A DNA stretch of 24,406 nt from a virus (lineage: Duplodnaviria; Caudoviricetes): positions 1 through 24,406 of the IMG/VR virus record IMGVR_UViG_3300037458_000126. The stretch is one strand, 5' to 3'. A program made the translations under genes and the position numbers. Under the pieces are notes generated by a model, which did not search any database, was not told the DNA's origin, and worked only from the letters and a program-made list of their open reading frames with translations. Below are positions 23,809-24,406 of the stretch, piece after piece (positions within the stretch are counted from its first letter, which is position 1; each line of letters opens with the position of its first letter).

Positions 23809-24285
23809 ATGGCTCTAGTTCTTCGTTCCGCAAAAGGCTCGCCGCTTCTCCACTCGGAGGTGGACGGCAACTGGGCGCACTGCTCGCCGACTGTCGGCAC
23901 TACGCAAGAAAATCTCGACCTGAAGGGCACGCTCGCCGCGCCGAACACCTGGACGAAGGCTAACCGGGGTGCGTATCAAGCCCTGACTTCGACAAGCGCG
24001 AGCATCGCCATTGACCTGTCGCTGTCGAACAACTTCAACCATACCCTGACGGAAGACACCACGCTGGCCGCGCCCACGAACGCCGTAGCCGGGCAAGCTG
24101 GGATCATCGAGTTCAAGCAGCATGCCACCAGCCCCAAGACCCTCGCGTTCAACGCCTTCTGGAAATGGTCGGGGGGTACGGACGGGCAACTGACAGCAAC
24201 CAACTCGGCCGTGGATGTGATGAGCTACGTAGTGAGCGCCGATGCCACGTTTGCCACCTGTGTGATGCTGGGTGACATCAAATGA
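23809..24285 (+). CDS. Short tail-fibre-like protein
   Basis: AGGAG SD; N-terminal LRSAKGSPLLHSEVDGNW; C-terminal IDLSLSNNF...LAAPTN...KWSGG...NSAVDVMSY module. Confidence 0.7.
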   Translation: MALVLRSAKGSPLLHSEVDGNWAHCSPTVGTTQENLDLKGTLAAPNTWTKANRGAYQALTSTSASIAIDLSLSNNFNHTLTEDTTLAAPTNAVAGQAGIIEFKQHATSPKTLAFNAFWKWSGGTDGQLTATNSAVDVMSYVVSADATFATCVMLGDIK

Positions 24286-24406
24286 TGCTCGTGCCGGGTA
24301 GTGCGTTCATGCCAAGGCAGCGAGTTGCCGGGGTGGACTACGACCCGTATTGGGCTAACGTGGTGTTGCTGCTGCATCTGAATGGCAACCTTACTGACGA
24401 AAAGGG
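24282..24406 (+). CDS. LamG-type tail/receptor-binding protein (partial, 5' end)
   Basis: Not in the track. ATGA overlap; MMLVPGSAFMPRQRVAGVDYDPYWANVVLLLHLNGNLTDEK. The DPYWANVVLLLH motif typically precedes phage LamG domains. Confidence 0.7.
   Translation, partial: MMLVPGSAFMPRQRVAGVDYDPYWANVVLLLHLNGNLTDEK

Noticed and set aside
23809-24406. Diversity-generating retroelement target region
   Set aside because: No reverse transcriptase or TR/VR pair is visible in the window.

Overview
A GC-rich fragment of a tailed dsDNA phage or prophage, most likely podovirus-like with a proteobacterial host (inferred from gene content; no integrase or tape-measure gene lies in the window). Two divergent arms meet at about 5.5-6.2 kb. 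The minus-strand (probably early) arm carries small ORFs and a MoxR-type AAA+ ATPase / DUF3150-like / HExxH-peptidase-VWA module. The plus-strand (late) arm encodes the small and large terminase and the portal, then an ~8 kb block of lysis genes (M15 endolysin, holin candidates, Rz with embedded Rz1) and accessory virion genes, then scaffold, major capsid, head-tail adaptors, nozzle and tail-fibre/LamG genes. The most unusual signals are non-coding: (1) a ~430-nt multi-hairpin, GNRA-tetraloop-rich candidate ncRNA or leader at the head of the early arm; (2) a 59-aa basic ORF enclosed by a 26-bp RNA stem; (3) an iteron-rich, origin-like region; (4) overlapping hairpins over a near-consensus antisense promoter; (5) a 16-bp palindromic operator-like motif (TGCTTACATGTAAGCA) upstream of five late genes. 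All family assignments come from motif recognition by eye, with no database search.
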